IMG/VR virus record: IMGVR_UViG_3300025536_000010 | Location: 124,001 to 188,000 of that record | DNA: 64,000 nucleotides | Reading direction: 5' to 3' (one strand) | In this document: in pieces, positions 45,999-56,170 of the stretch | Numbering within the stretch: position 1 is the first letter of the stretch | How the letters are laid out: each line of letters opens with the position of its first letter | Position numbers and translations under genes: made by a program | The notes under the pieces: generated by a model | What the model was told of the DNA's origin: nothing | The model's input: only the letters and a program-made list of their open reading frames with translations | Databases searched by the model: none

Positions 45999-48389
45999 TC
46001 AAAAGTCATCCCAGTTGATGCGCTGGACCGGGTGGACGTGCTTGAGCAGCTTCTTCGGGATCTTCATGCGGGCGGCCTCGGCAATGTCGGGGAACTTGCC
46101 CACCATCCACCACAAGGCACAGCAGCCAATGTTGGTTGCCTGGGCGAAGTCGTCCGAGGCGTTCGGATTGCGAACGATGGTGTAGACGTCGGTGCCAAGG
46201 CGGCTGTCCACTTTCTCTTCAATCAGGGCTAGGAAGTCGCGCATCACGCCCTTCTTCGACTGGTCAACGTAGTCGTACTGGAAGAAGCGAATGATACCGT
46301 ACTTGATGCACTGGCACGTCGTCACCAGGCTGCGGCTCTTGTCCAGCGAGTACCAGGCGTGCGGGCTGGCATCATCGGGTTCGTGGAACTCCATGAAGTC
46401 GTGACCGACACCGTGGTAACGGATATTGAGGACGTTTGACGGCGGCAGGCCCGCCTGGAGCATGAGGATCAGTCGACCTTCACCTGCGTTCGAGTAGTCG
46501 TGGGCAAAGTGTGTGCATTTGAAGTGAATCATGGCCTCCAGGCAGAGGCGGGCCTCCCACTCGAAGTCGTGCGTCCGCACCGAACGCATGCCCCAGATGC
46601 AGTCAATCTGCCCGGTAGGCAGGATGCCCAGGACGGACAATGAGGTGAACGAGGTGCGCAGGCGCTGGGCCTCACCGTCCTTCTTCTTGGCGGCCCCGGA
46701 GACGCGCCCACCACCACCGCCCCAGTCCACTGCCAGGATCTTGTAGAGGTAGCGCGGCATCTTGGCGGCGGCCTCTTTGGCTTTGCACGGCCAGGGCAGC
46801 ACGGCCGCTGCCTTGAGGTCGCTTTCCGTGATTAGCTTCGAGCCGGCGTCGCACGACTCGCCGCAGACTTCGTTGAGGAACGTCGTCCGCGTCGTGTTGT
46901 AGTGGCCTTCGCTCTTACCGACCAGGATGTCCCACTTCTCTTGGTTGGCGTAGTGCATCGGCATGATGATCTGCGGGACGTGGTAGCCCGCAAACGTCCA
47001 GCGCCGCTCCGGGTAGGCGTGAACCCAACGACCCATGCGCGGGTTGACCGGCTGCCGGCACATCGAGCAGACCACGCCTGGGCACTCCTCGCAGATGTCT
47101 CGGTGCCACTTCCCGATCATCCCCCATAGATCCCAGTTCTCGGATGGGATGTTCCAGTGCCCGCAGCCGCCGCGCAGACACTTAATCATCCACTCGGCCT
47201 GGCTGCTGTCCTGCCACAGCGACTCCATCGTATTGTCGAGCGACTTCGGCGTGCCGGCGTACTGCTTCAAGGCCCAGGGTGAGCCGGACAGCGTCTCGTG
47301 GATGATTTGCAGGAAGTCATGATTCATGTCCTGCACTTCGTCGATGACGTTCTTGTCGGCCGGGATACCGCGGGTACGCTCGGCGTCGAGGAACGCATAG
47401 GAGAAGTACATCGCGCTGCCGTTGATGAAGCTGCGCTGGAGGATCTGGTTGGTCGTCTTCTTGCCGGTGAAGAGGCGGTGGACCGGCGAGTTGTCGATGA
47501 ACTCCCGAACGTAGTTGTGGGAGAAGCGCCGGATCATCTCGAACAGCGGCGTGACGTAGAGCGTCGAGAAGTAGGGGATGGAGTTGGAGAAGACCACGCC
47601 CTGAGCAGCCAGTGAGGTCGAGTTGTGGGACACGACCTTGCCGAGGATGAAGTTGTGGTCTTCTTCGACCTCGATGTCGACGGTGTTGGCCTGACCGTCT
47701 TCGTAGTTAGCCCGCACGCGCTCCCAGGCCAGTTCGCCGCATTTCCCCTGCACCGCCAGATAGTCGCCTCGATAGATGTGGCGGACCATCAGGAACTGTT
47801 CAATGTGGTTGTCCGCGTCCCGGGCCAGCAGGCGGTGGTCAGGGGTCACACGGACCTTGAAGCCCGACTCGGTCACCAGGCAGTTGACATCTTTGACGCC
47901 CGACTGCCAGACTTTGGTGACCTTGCGGGGTGTGAAAGTCTTCCGCGCGTCGGAGAAGGAAATAACAATGTCGCCGACCTTGAGGCTCTTGGCCGGTACA
48001 CGCTGCCCGTCCGCCAGCAAAACGAGTTCATTCTCGTCCATGCACTTCGATACCTGCCGCCCCGTTTTGAGGAGCGTGGTGCGGGCCATGCGCGTGCGGA
48101 AGAAGGGCTCGAAGGGGAAGTAGTTGTTCAGCTTGTAGGGCTTGCCCTTGAGCTTGAGCAGCAGCGGTAAGATCGGACGGAGGGAAACGCAGTTCCCCTT
48201 GCGCAGGAAGTGGCGGGCCAGGACAAGTTTCTTGGTGGCCTCGTCCTCGAAGCCAGTAAGCTCGGGCAGGCTGTCGTAGCCGACCGGACCAGCCCGGAGG
48301 AGAACGGACTTCATCCGTTCTTCCTGCTCAGCCATCCTGACTTCGTTCTCACCGTCAACAGTAAGCTGGTTTTCTGCGTCATAGTTCAT
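45999..48389 (-). CDS. terL: terminase large subunit (GpA-like) containing an intein
   Basis: Walker A KTGRQVSK/ST; RGIPAD..VIDEVQD; GTPK; Cys cluster; FLNEVCGE; nuclease LAVDWGGG; DDFAQA. Confidence 0.88.
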   Translation of the reverse strand: MNYDAENQLTVDGENEVRMAEQEERMKSVLLRAGPVGYDSLPELTGFEDEATKKLVLARHFLRKGNCVSLRPILPLLLKLKGKPYKLNNYFPFEPFFRTRMARTTLLKTGRQVSKCMDENELVLLADGQRVPAKSLKVGDIVISFSDARKTFTPRKVTKVWQSGVKDVNCLVTESGFKVRVTPDHRLLARDADNHIEQFLMVRHIYRGDYLAVQGKCGELAWERVRANYEDGQANTVDIEVEEDHNFILGKVVSHNSTSLAAQGVVFSNSIPYFSTLYVTPLFEMIRRFSHNYVREFIDNSPVHRLFTGKKTTNQILQRSFINGSAMYFSYAFLDAERTRGIPADKNVIDEVQDMNHDFLQIIHETLSGSPWALKQYAGTPKSLDNTMESLWQDSSQAEWMIKCLRGGCGHWNIPSENWDLWGMIGKWHRDICEECPGVVCSMCRQPVNPRMGRWVHAYPERRWTFAGYHVPQIIMPMHYANQEKWDILVGKSEGHYNTTRTTFLNEVCGESCDAGSKLITESDLKAAAVLPWPCKAKEAAAKMPRYLYKILAVDWGGGGGRVSGAAKKKDGEAQRLRTSFTSLSVLGILPTGQIDCIWGMRSVRTHDFEWEARLCLEAMIHFKCTHFAHDYSNAGEGRLILMLQAGLPPSNVLNIRYHGVGHDFMEFHEPDDASPHAWYSLDKSRSLVTTCQCIKYGIIRFFQYDYVDQSKKGVMRDFLALIEEKVDSRLGTDVYTIVRNPNASDDFAQATNIGCCALWWMVGKFPDIAEAARMKIPKKLLKHVHPVQRINWDDF
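47622..48044 (-). mobile_element. mini-intein (141 aa, no homing endonuclease)
   Basis: Begins CMDENELVLLADG; block B VTPDHRLL; block F VDIEVEEDHNFI; ends VSHN followed by +1 Ser. Confidence 0.92.
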
Positions 48390-48871
48390 GAGGAGGACTT
48401 CCTTGTCTCAAAAGCAGCGCCGTCACCGCGGCAAGGCGGATGATACCTTTCTGCCGCAGCGTGGGCAAGGTGCAGAGGATGAGGGGGCGGACTGGATCGT
48501 CGGCTGCATCGTCGTCCTGCTCGAAGGCGCCTGCGGCCTGGTGATGGCGATTGCCCGCCCCCTCTGGGATCTGGTACGCTTCGTGTGCTGGGACGCCTGG
48601 CGCACGGAGCCTAAACGCAAACCCTAACACGGAGGCCACGCATGGCTGTGTCCCGTTCGGCCCTGGACTTCCTGCGGCGCAAAGGTCTGGTCACTGATAT
48701 GCTGCGACCTGGCCCACGTCTCAACGTGAGCCAGCTGCTCGTTCACACCGTTCCCATTCCTTCGCCGCCCAAGCCCTTGCCGCACCTGTTGACGGGCTTC
48801 GAGGGCGACCCGCCACCCGACCGGGGCATGTCCAGGCCGTGGCCCGGACAACCGTAGAGGTCGGAGGATTG

Positions 48872-49051
48872 ATGTCAAAGCACAATGGGGACGGTATGCT
48901 CGTCCCCAAGTTCATCGGCGGGCTCATGGTCGTGGGCGTCCTCTGGACGGTCCTCACCGGAGCCCTGTGGCACTGGGTCGTTGTCGGGGTCGTGACTGTC
49001 ATGACGCTGGCCGTGGCTAAAGCTGCCACACCGCCCAAGAAAGGTAAATGA
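48872..49051 (+). CDS. small 2-TM membrane protein
   Basis: GGAGG SD; two hydrophobic helices, basic tail. Confidence 0.6.
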   Translation: MSKHNGDGMLVPKFIGGLMVVGVLWTVLTGALWHWVVVGVVTVMTLAVAKAATPPKKGK

Positions 49052-49509
49052 TGACCATTACCGAGTTGGTGATTGCGGCACTGGCGACCTGGGAGATAAT
49101 CGAGATCTGGCGGCACGGTAGTATCTTCGCCGACCGGCGGGCCTACGCCCAGGCCGAAGGCTACGGACACTTCCTACGGCGGCTGCTCGATTGCGGCTTC
49201 TGCCTGAGCCCGTGGGTCGCCTTCCTGCTCGTGCTGTGCCCGCTGACGCTGTCCCTGGCGGTCGACCCACCACGGCACTGGTTGGCTGGCTCGGTGTGGG
49301 CGTTCTTCCTGTTGTGGCGTTACGCCGTCTACGCCTTTGCCGTTGCTCGGCTCGCCAACCTCGGTAATGATCTCACGCACTCGTGGTGCCGCACACCAGA
49401 CACCAAGAAGCAGATCGCCGCGCAGTTCGCGGGCGATGATTCAAAAGCCACTTTAGAGGAGAGGCCGCATGGACCAGCAACCGATGCAAACGGAGAAGAC
49501 CACGTTTGA
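49048..49509 (+). CDS. DUF1360-like membrane protein
   Basis: IAALATW...GSIF...LLDCGFCLSPWVA. Confidence 0.65.
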   Translation: MMTITELVIAALATWEIIEIWRHGSIFADRRAYAQAEGYGHFLRRLLDCGFCLSPWVAFLLVLCPLTLSLAVDPPRHWLAGSVWAFFLLWRYAVYAFAVARLANLGNDLTHSWCRTPDTKKQIAAQFAGDDSKATLEERPHGPATDANGEDHV

Positions 49510-49885
49510 CATGGCCGTTATGGCCAAGCTCAAAAACGCCGCCGACAGCGTGTTGACCGAGCACCCAGAGGTTGACTGCGTCTGTGCGGTCGTCTCCTGG
49601 AAGGGCAACCTCAACGACGCTGGCATCAAACACGGCATCTGGGTCGGTGACCAAGGGCCAGTCGGTACGGCCGAGGGCATTTTCGGCAGCATGTACCAAC
49701 TAATAAAGATGTTCGACGAGCAGGCCACGAGGGCCGTGAAATACGTCGAGCATGTCCGCGAAAAAGTTGAGGTTCTGGGAACAGAACTGAGGAACCGCCA
49801 TGAAGAACTCGAAGCGGTCAAAGCAGAAATCGCAAAGTGCAAAGCCCAAGTTCAGTCTGACGCCGGAGGAACAAAAACCACTTGA
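49469..49885 (+). CDS. hypothetical protein with coiled-coil C-terminus
   Basis: GAGGAG SD; heptad pattern. Confidence 0.65.
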   Translation: MDQQPMQTEKTTFDMAVMAKLKNAADSVLTEHPEVDCVCAVVSWKGNLNDAGIKHGIWVGDQGPVGTAEGIFGSMYQLIKMFDEQATRAVKYVEHVREKVEVLGTELRNRHEELEAVKAEIAKCKAQVQSDAGGTKTT

Positions 49886-50450
49886 GGACTTACTCAAGGA
49901 CCACGGCGTCAAGAACTGGGACTTCCTCATCGTCGGTGACGGCTCCGGGTCGAACTGGAACCGTGAGGCGGGCTGGGGCGCAGTCAGTATCGAAAAAATC
50001 ACAATGGAACGTCTCGTGTGGACCGGGACGATGAACAAGGGCACGGTCAACTTCGCAGAGATGATGGCTTACCAGCAGCCACTCAGCTGGCTGGCCGCCC
50101 GCGAAGAAGATCGCCGCGCCAAGCGCGCGGTGAAGTACCGGGCCTACCAGGTCCACATCTTCACGGACAGTGACTACTGCCGGCAAACCGGCAACAGCAA
50201 GAACCGCCTCGTGGCCAAGAACGGGGCGTTGTGGGCGGCGTTCGATAGTTACGTTCGGCAGGGCTTCGTGCTCAACTGGCACTGGATACCGCGCGGCAGC
50301 GTGGCCCTGAACTCCTACTGTGACAGGCTGTCGAAACTGGCAAGGCTCCTGATGAAAAAGTATAATCTCCAGGAGAAGCTAGAAACGGAACACTCCTGCG
50401 GGGGTGTACCGCGGACAGTCTACGACATCAACCCGTCCGAGGCGGGGTAG
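49800..50450 (+). CDS. ribonuclease HI-like protein
   Basis: IVGDGSG..GWG, TVNFAEMMA, IFTDSDY, WHWIPR, NSYCDRLS (D-E-D-D catalytic set). Confidence 0.85.
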   Translation: MKNSKRSKQKSQSAKPKFSLTPEEQKPLEDLLKDHGVKNWDFLIVGDGSGSNWNREAGWGAVSIEKITMERLVWTGTMNKGTVNFAEMMAYQQPLSWLAAREEDRRAKRAVKYRAYQVHIFTDSDYCRQTGNSKNRLVAKNGALWAAFDSYVRQGFVLNWHWIPRGSVALNSYCDRLSKLARLLMKKYNLQEKLETEHSCGGVPRTVYDINPSEAG

Positions 50451-50458
50451 GAGGGTGC

Positions 50459-50959
50459 GTGATAATCAACGAGGGCCGATTGGAGGTGCGCTGGTATCGC
50501 CCGTCCGACATGGTACAGCTTGTTGGGCTGCATCAATGCTGCCTACCCAAGGAAGGTTGGACGAGCAAGGATTTCTGGAAGTTCGTCCATAAGGCCGGCA
50601 CGACCAACATCCTCAAAGTGCTGTCCGACGACCAGGGCAAGATCGTATACGGTACGCTGCTGTACACCCTTGGCCCCGGTGAGTGCCGTCTCCGGCGTGT
50701 CTGTGTTTGGCCCGACTACCGCCGCCGCGGTCTGGGCACTTTCATGGTCCACACGACCATGACGAGCCCACGCAGTTCGCTCAAAAACCGCAACTTCGTC
50801 GCCAAGGTCAAAGAAGCCGACGTCACGGCCCAGCTGTTTTTGCGAAAGCTGGACTTCACGTTCAACGCAAAGGAGGCGCGCGCTCAAGACGACGAAGGCA
50901 AGGACTACTATGTCTTTCGCTTCAAAAAGCCCGAGTTTGCTGCCCTAGCAACCGGGTGA
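50459..50959 (+). CDS. GNAT (RimI-like) acetyltransferase
   Basis: VCVWPDYRRRGLGT acetyl-CoA motif A; AQLFLRKLDF. Confidence 0.85.
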   Translation: MIINEGRLEVRWYRPSDMVQLVGLHQCCLPKEGWTSKDFWKFVHKAGTTNILKVLSDDQGKIVYGTLLYTLGPGECRLRRVCVWPDYRRRGLGTFMVHTTMTSPRSSLKNRNFVAKVKEADVTAQLFLRKLDFTFNAKEARAQDDEGKDYYVFRFKKPEFAALATG

Positions 50960-50983
50960 CGGTATCGTTCAGACAGGTCTGTA

Positions 50984-51844
50984 ATGACGACCACAGTCAA
51001 AGTACGAACCCACACCGCCCACATCGTCGAGTTCGAGGACAAAGAGTACGAGGTCAGCCTGCAACCGGACTCGTGCGTTGATGTCCAAGTGAAACGTCTC
51101 GCGGACGGGTCGCTGGTGATCGGTTACCTCGTCCAAGACACCGACTGTCAACACCCGCTCAACGACTGCGACGGCTCCGGCAAGATCTACCGCCGCTACC
51201 GCGACGCTCCGCGCGAAGAGAAGGCGCAGTTCTACACGGAGATGGCCGTCGACGAATACGGTGAGAAAACTGGTAAGCCCAACCCGTACGCCGTGCTGCT
51301 CGACGTTTACATCCACTCTGGCGAGGTCTGGCGGGTCCACGGCTCAGGAAAGTATTTCCCGGACGAGCGCTGGGACGTCAGCAACACAGCTGGCGTTTGG
51401 GTGCCAGACGAGTCCTGCGTCCAGCATATCGAATTGACAGCTGCACAACAGGTACTCGGCGACCGAGGTAAAATCCTCTTCGGTGTACCGGGACGCTTCG
51501 GCAGCTACGGTTGGGAAGTCGGCACGAGACGGAAAATCGGGCTCAAAAGCCCGTTCAACGCGCTCCGCTCGGCTGTCGAATCCGGCTGTCATGTTGTGTT
51601 CCTCATTTCCTACGGCACGGAGTTTCGTGCTGCCGCTCGGCAAGAGGCCATCCGATGCGCTACCTCGGCGGTCGAAGAGTACAACAAATGGCTCTCTGGC
51701 GACTGCTGGGGCGTCTGCATTGACACTTTCGACGAGGACGGCGAGCCGAACGATAACGACTCCTGCTGGGGTTATATCGGCCAGGAGTACGCCGAGGAGG
51801 AACTTACCTTGGAGATGGAACACAGAGGCAAGCCAACGCCATAG
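50984..51844 (+). CDS. hypothetical protein
   Basis: YIHSG...WDVS...EEYNKWLSGDCWG...DSCWGYIG. Confidence 0.7.
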   Translation: MTTTVKVRTHTAHIVEFEDKEYEVSLQPDSCVDVQVKRLADGSLVIGYLVQDTDCQHPLNDCDGSGKIYRRYRDAPREEKAQFYTEMAVDEYGEKTGKPNPYAVLLDVYIHSGEVWRVHGSGKYFPDERWDVSNTAGVWVPDESCVQHIELTAAQQVLGDRGKILFGVPGRFGSYGWEVGTRRKIGLKSPFNALRSAVESGCHVVFLISYGTEFRAAARQEAIRCATSAVEEYNKWLSGDCWGVCIDTFDEDGEPNDNDSCWGYIGQEYAEEELTLEMEHRGKPTP

Positions 51845-51853
51845 GAGGAGCCT

Positions 51854-52276
51854 GTGGTAAAAAAGAAAAAAGCGTTAGCCGTCAAACTCGTGCCCGTCCC
51901 AAAGGCGTTCATGGAACAGGTAGAGAAAGCCTACTCGGCCGATACCATCGGCGGCCGTGAGCGCCTGCGTGATGTCTTTTTCTACCAAGGGCTGATGCGC
52001 ACCACCACGAGTGTCATCTCCGGCGGCGAACGATCCACCGAGGCCACAACCTGGGAGGTCGTGCCGGCCGAGAAATTCAAAGGCACGATCCTCAGCTACG
52101 CCGACATGCAGCGGCACGCCGACAACGGCACCTGGACATACGAGGGGATGCGCGTCCGCCTGGGTGAGGACTGGTGCGTCCTCACCCGCGAGATCCGTTT
52201 CGTCCTCGACAAGAAAGCGGCCATGCCCGGCGGCGCAGACAACCCGGCACGAGGTAAACCGCAAGGACTGTTCTAA
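51854..52276 (+). CDS. hypothetical protein
   Basis: AGGAGGAG SD, GTG start. Confidence 0.65.
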   Translation: MVKKKKALAVKLVPVPKAFMEQVEKAYSADTIGGRERLRDVFFYQGLMRTTTSVISGGERSTEATTWEVVPAEKFKGTILSYADMQRHADNGTWTYEGMRVRLGEDWCVLTREIRFVLDKKAAMPGGADNPARGKPQGLF

Positions 52277-52287
52277 CGAGAGACGTC

Positions 52288-52506
52288 ATGAGCCGACAGC
52301 ACCTGATAGAGTGTGAGAAGCTGCTGGAAGAGTTCGTCGAGAACATCGACGACACTGGCGGGCTCGGCGAAATGAAACCGGGTGTATTCGCGCCCCTGGC
52401 CGATCCATCCTGGTCGGACCTGGGTGACCTGTACATCCGGGCGTGCAAGGCTCTCGGCCGGGAGCCAGTGATCGAGCGAATAGAGGAAGACGATGGCGAC
52501 GGTTAG
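52288..52506 (+). CDS. small hypothetical protein
   Basis: Closely packed run of small genes. Confidence 0.6.
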   Translation: MSRQHLIECEKLLEEFVENIDDTGGLGEMKPGVFAPLADPSWSDLGDLYIRACKALGREPVIERIEEDDGDG

Positions 52507-52753
52507 CTGGGGTAACGACCAGCATACGCACTTCGTCGGCCGCAACGGTTGTTTCAAATGCTCCGGCATTACCGTACAGACGACCGATGGCGATAATCTG
52601 CTTGGCCTCGAACCGCTCACCAGCCGCGGCTTCACAGGTCGCTGCTGTATTGAAATCCCGGCGAGCGCCATCGACGGGCTGATTGCAGCGCTACAAGAAG
52701 CCAAGAGGGAGCTACAACCATGCGTTCCGGCACAAACCGCACCCAGGCGTTGA
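52493..52753 (+). CDS. small hypothetical protein
   Basis: Closely packed run, GAGG SD. Confidence 0.55.
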   Translation: MATVSWGNDQHTHFVGRNGCFKCSGITVQTTDGDNLLGLEPLTSRGFTGRCCIEIPASAIDGLIAALQEAKRELQPCVPAQTAPRR

Positions 52754-52947
52754 GCCTGGCCCTGGCCAACGCCAAAACGGACGACAAACCCCGTTACGTC
52801 TGGATGTGGGACGGCGTATACTGGGTCGAGCGTGAGCCGCCCAAGGCTGCCTGGGCTGGAACAAATCTGGAAACGGTCACGGTCGTCAACCCCGAAGGCA
52901 CGACCGAGACGTTTGACCCGCAGAAACATGGAGAGAAACAATGCTGA
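52720..52947 (+). CDS. small hypothetical protein
   Basis: Closely packed run. Confidence 0.5.
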   Translation: MRSGTNRTQALSLALANAKTDDKPRYVWMWDGVYWVEREPPKAAWAGTNLETVTVVNPEGTTETFDPQKHGEKQC

Positions 52948-53636
52948 CCGGCAAGCAGATCGAGCGCGAGGTGGAGCGAGGCCGCATGACCATCTGGCCG
53001 TGGAATCCAAAACAGCTGAACCCCAACAGTTACAACTTGTGTTGGGATGCCCATCTCAAGATCTACAAGAAGACGGAGCCGTTGCTCCGTTGGTATGAAA
53101 CGCTGGAGAACCTGCGCCAGCGCGGGGCGATGACGACGCTCGAAATGTACACGCTGGCGGGACCGAAACCGATCCTCGAACCGCTCAACATGCGTACGAA
53201 GGAGGAAACGGTCGACCTGCTGATTCCGCCGGACGGCTTGACTCTTTTCCCGGAGATGCTCTACCTGGCCGCGACCGTCGAGTTCGCCGGCTCGGACTGG
53301 TTCATCCCGGAACTGCACGGCCGCTCGTCAATGGGCCGCCTGGGCGTCTTCGTTCACGTCACGGCCGGCTTCGGAGACTGTGGGTTCTCTGGGCACCCCG
53401 AACACACAGACGCCTACGGTGCGCACCAGCAAGACACCCGCGCACAGTGGACCCTCGAAGTCGTGGCTGTCCACCCCATCCGCGTCTACGCCGGCGTGCA
53501 AGTATGCCAAATCTGTTTTGCAAAGCCCGTGCAAGACGCGGACCTTGGAGATCTGCCGCGCTACAGCGGCAAGTACGTCGCCGACCGCGGCCCGAAGGCG
53601 TCCAACCTGTGGAAGGATTTCCTCGAACACGATTAA
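52941..53636 (+). CDS. dcd: dCTP deaminase
   Basis: QLNPNSYNL, LAATVE, GRSSMGRLG, TAGFGDCGFSG, WTLE, CQICF, YSGKY. Confidence 0.9.
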   Translation: MLTGKQIEREVERGRMTIWPWNPKQLNPNSYNLCWDAHLKIYKKTEPLLRWYETLENLRQRGAMTTLEMYTLAGPKPILEPLNMRTKEETVDLLIPPDGLTLFPEMLYLAATVEFAGSDWFIPELHGRSSMGRLGVFVHVTAGFGDCGFSGHPEHTDAYGAHQQDTRAQWTLEVVAVHPIRVYAGVQVCQICFAKPVQDADLGDLPRYSGKYVADRGPKASNLWKDFLEHD

Positions 53637-53671
53637 CATATAACGTGCAACAGGAGCCGTAACGAGGTACA

Positions 53672-54043
53672 ATGCCACCAGAAAACCGCAAACGCAGGCA
53701 ACCGAAGAAAACAGGGCCTGACACAAGTACCTGGTCGGAAGCCGACAAGGCTGCCTACGCTAAGAAGAAGGCCCTGGAGACACCGATTGCCGAGATGGCC
53801 CTCCAGGTGCGTGTTATCAACACGTTGGAGGACAACGGCGTCATCATGTGCAGTGACCTCATGAAACAGACCTACGAGGTGCTCATGGGGATGAAAAACT
53901 TCGGGGACAAAACGCTGACTGAGGTCCGGGACGCCATCAAGGCCCTGGGCCTCGACCCGCCCACCTGGGCCAAACCCCCGAAGCCAGTGAAGCTCCCCAG
54001 GGCCAAGAGCCAGGGGAACGCGATTTTCGGCGACATGTGGTAA
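53672..54043 (+). CDS. stand-alone RNA polymerase alpha C-terminal domain-like protein
   Basis: TPIAEMALQVRVINTLEDNGV...DL...LMGMKNFGDKTLTEV. Confidence 0.85.
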   Translation: MPPENRKRRQPKKTGPDTSTWSEADKAAYAKKKALETPIAEMALQVRVINTLEDNGVIMCSDLMKQTYEVLMGMKNFGDKTLTEVRDAIKALGLDPPTWAKPPKPVKLPRAKSQGNAIFGDMW

Positions 54044-54450
54044 CTATGAACACGAAAACGATGACGGCCGAGCAGCTGCTCGACGTCTCCACCCGCAGCA
54101 GCATGTTCGCAGAGGTGCAGCAGGAGATCCTTGCTCGTCTCGAAGCCTGGGACGAAAGCGCGAAGGACTACAACAACAAGATGGTGGAGTCCTTCTCGCG
54201 CTGCGCCAGTTTTGCGGTCTGCTCCCTGGCCGGCGCGCACCGTATGCCGCGCATGACCAAGGCGCAAATCCGCGAGTTCACAAATCTGCTTTTTGACTTC
54301 TTCTGTCGCGTCTGCCAGGAGCCGCAAGGAAAAAAGGACGAGCCCGAGCCTTTCGATATGATCCAGCAGGTATTGCAAGAATGGCACGGAGTCAACCTGG
54401 CGACCTCTGCAAGAAGTGCGGCAAGCCCGTCCCCAGAAACGAAGCCCTGA
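54037..54450 (+). CDS. hypothetical protein
   Basis: Coupled to upstream gene. Confidence 0.6.
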   Translation: MVTMNTKTMTAEQLLDVSTRSSMFAEVQQEILARLEAWDESAKDYNNKMVESFSRCASFAVCSLAGAHRMPRMTKAQIREFTNLLFDFFCRVCQEPQGKKDEPEPFDMIQQVLQEWHGVNLATSARSAASPSPETKP

Positions 54451-54578
54451 TCTACGCGGGCCTGCACGAGGACTGTTTCGTCCCCAACCACGGCGGGACG
54501 AAGACAGGGACCGTCGTGCGCGCCAACAAACTACCGTCCCGCAAGGGGCGCTGTCCCAACGACACCTGAAAGGAGCGT

Positions 54579-55979
54579 TTGATGCTGAGTGAGACGTACC
54601 AAGCGTGTGTGAACCTGGAGATGACCCACAGTGCCCTGGTGCTTACGCGCCACGACCGCGAAACCGGGCAATCCTATGTCATCGGCATCCTCCTGGTCCC
54701 CACCGCCGACTACGCCGAACACCTGACCAACATCGGCAAGATCATGGCGCAGCCGAAGTCGCCCGAGGTCATTGCGGACGAACTCCGCGCGGCCGGCTAC
54801 CCGGTGCTGCGCTACAACACCGTCAACCGCGAGAACCCCTGTTCCGAAATCTTCATAGGCTGGCATCAGTACGGACGCTCCCGCCGTGGTTCTTCGTCCT
54901 ACCTACATACTGCCGAGCGGGCCGACAACGCGCCCAAGGATACCTTCGGCATCAAGACCACCTTCCCGCCGATCAAGGAAACGCAGCTGGTGGAGATGGA
55001 CTTCGCCGGTGCCGAGTTGGGCGAGTTTGCGCGCAACGTCAAGGCAACCGCAGCGGGCGATTACCCAAGCAACCAGATCTTCATCTGCCAGAACTGCGGC
55101 AAGAACTACGTCTACGGCCAGGCCAAGGAAGCCATCCACCGCGAGTTGGGGCAAGCAGGCAGACCGATTGCTTTCTGCTGCGCGTTTTGCCAGCGTGACT
55201 ACCTCCAGAAGCGCGGCCGGATGCCCGCGGTCGGTGCCGAGATTCCGCTCGGCAAACCCGAGGTCTGTAACCTGCGTGCTGCTGTCGGCCTCAAGCTGAC
55301 CATCAACTACAAGGACAGCATCGTGGTCGGCGACGAGATCTGCCTCGCGGATGAAGCAGACGTGCGCCAGCTGTTGAACGCCCACGGCGTCGGCGCCGAG
55401 GACATTGAGAAGCTACTCAAGGATCGCACGCTCGACCTGGCCGACAAGGTGCTGCACTTGGACTACGACACGTTCGGGACGGAGAAATGGGCGAAGTCGA
55501 TCAAGGCCCACCTGGACAAGGCCAAAGCCGAGGGCTTGATGCCGCAGGCATTGTTCAGTATCGACAGCATCAGTGTCAGGGCCGCGGGCGAGCCCATTGT
55601 GGCGGACCCAACTCCCGAGCAGTCGGCGAACTTCTTCAAGCAGGCGGCAGCTGCGGCGCACTGGGGGTACTTCGTCAAAGAGCTAGTCCAGAGTGCGCAC
55701 AACGGGCTCATGGACGCTCGCGCAGTGAGCATCAACGGGCGGACGATCAAGGAAAACCCAGGCCGTACCGAAAACGAGGCGGACTTCTGGACAGTCGAAG
55801 GCGAGACGCGCTACGAGTTCCAAGATATTGCAAGCGCGGTCTACCACTGTCTCAGCCACCCAGGGAAGGGGTATCTCAATCTGTGGGCGCTCAAGTACGG
55901 CCGCGACGCCAGTGCAGCGGAGGCGCACGTCTTAACGGCACAGATCGGGGACGTGGTGGTGACCGGCGGCAGGCGCTAG
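54579..55979 (+). CDS. hypothetical multi-domain protein with TRASH-like Zn motif
   Basis: AAAGGAG SD, TTG start; CQNCGK...FCCAFC. Confidence 0.7.
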   Translation: MMLSETYQACVNLEMTHSALVLTRHDRETGQSYVIGILLVPTADYAEHLTNIGKIMAQPKSPEVIADELRAAGYPVLRYNTVNRENPCSEIFIGWHQYGRSRRGSSSYLHTAERADNAPKDTFGIKTTFPPIKETQLVEMDFAGAELGEFARNVKATAAGDYPSNQIFICQNCGKNYVYGQAKEAIHRELGQAGRPIAFCCAFCQRDYLQKRGRMPAVGAEIPLGKPEVCNLRAAVGLKLTINYKDSIVVGDEICLADEADVRQLLNAHGVGAEDIEKLLKDRTLDLADKVLHLDYDTFGTEKWAKSIKAHLDKAKAEGLMPQALFSIDSISVRAAGEPIVADPTPEQSANFFKQAAAAAHWGYFVKELVQSAHNGLMDARAVSINGRTIKENPGRTENEADFWTVEGETRYEFQDIASAVYHCLSHPGKGYLNLWALKYGRDASAAEAHVLTAQIGDVVVTGGRR

Positions 55980-56170
55980 GAGGGCGAAGCCTGAGCGCGT
56001 GCGAGGCGCGCTCCCGGCGTCGGGGGCGGGAGCGCGCTGAACCTAAAAGCCATATACGAGGAGCCTGCGGCTCTGTCGCCGATGTGTTGAGGGAAGCCCG
56101 CCGTGGTTAAGCGCGACGCTCCCTTGACCCCTTAATAACTTCTTGGGCTCGCGCAGCGCAGCCCAGGAGA

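Noticed and set aside
45602-46009. 135-aa minus-strand ORF after terL
   Set aside because: It runs through a terminator and into the convergent gene, with atypical composition. Not supportable as a gene, though not excluded.
48872-49885. Holin/spanin lysis cassette
   Set aside because: The membrane and coiled-coil proteins fit loosely, but no lipobox or adjacent endolysin is evident.
54579-55979. PolA-like words (MDFAGAEL; NLWALKYG) suggesting a DNA polymerase
   Set aside because: Spacing and context do not fit, motif C is absent, and the matches are short enough to be chance.
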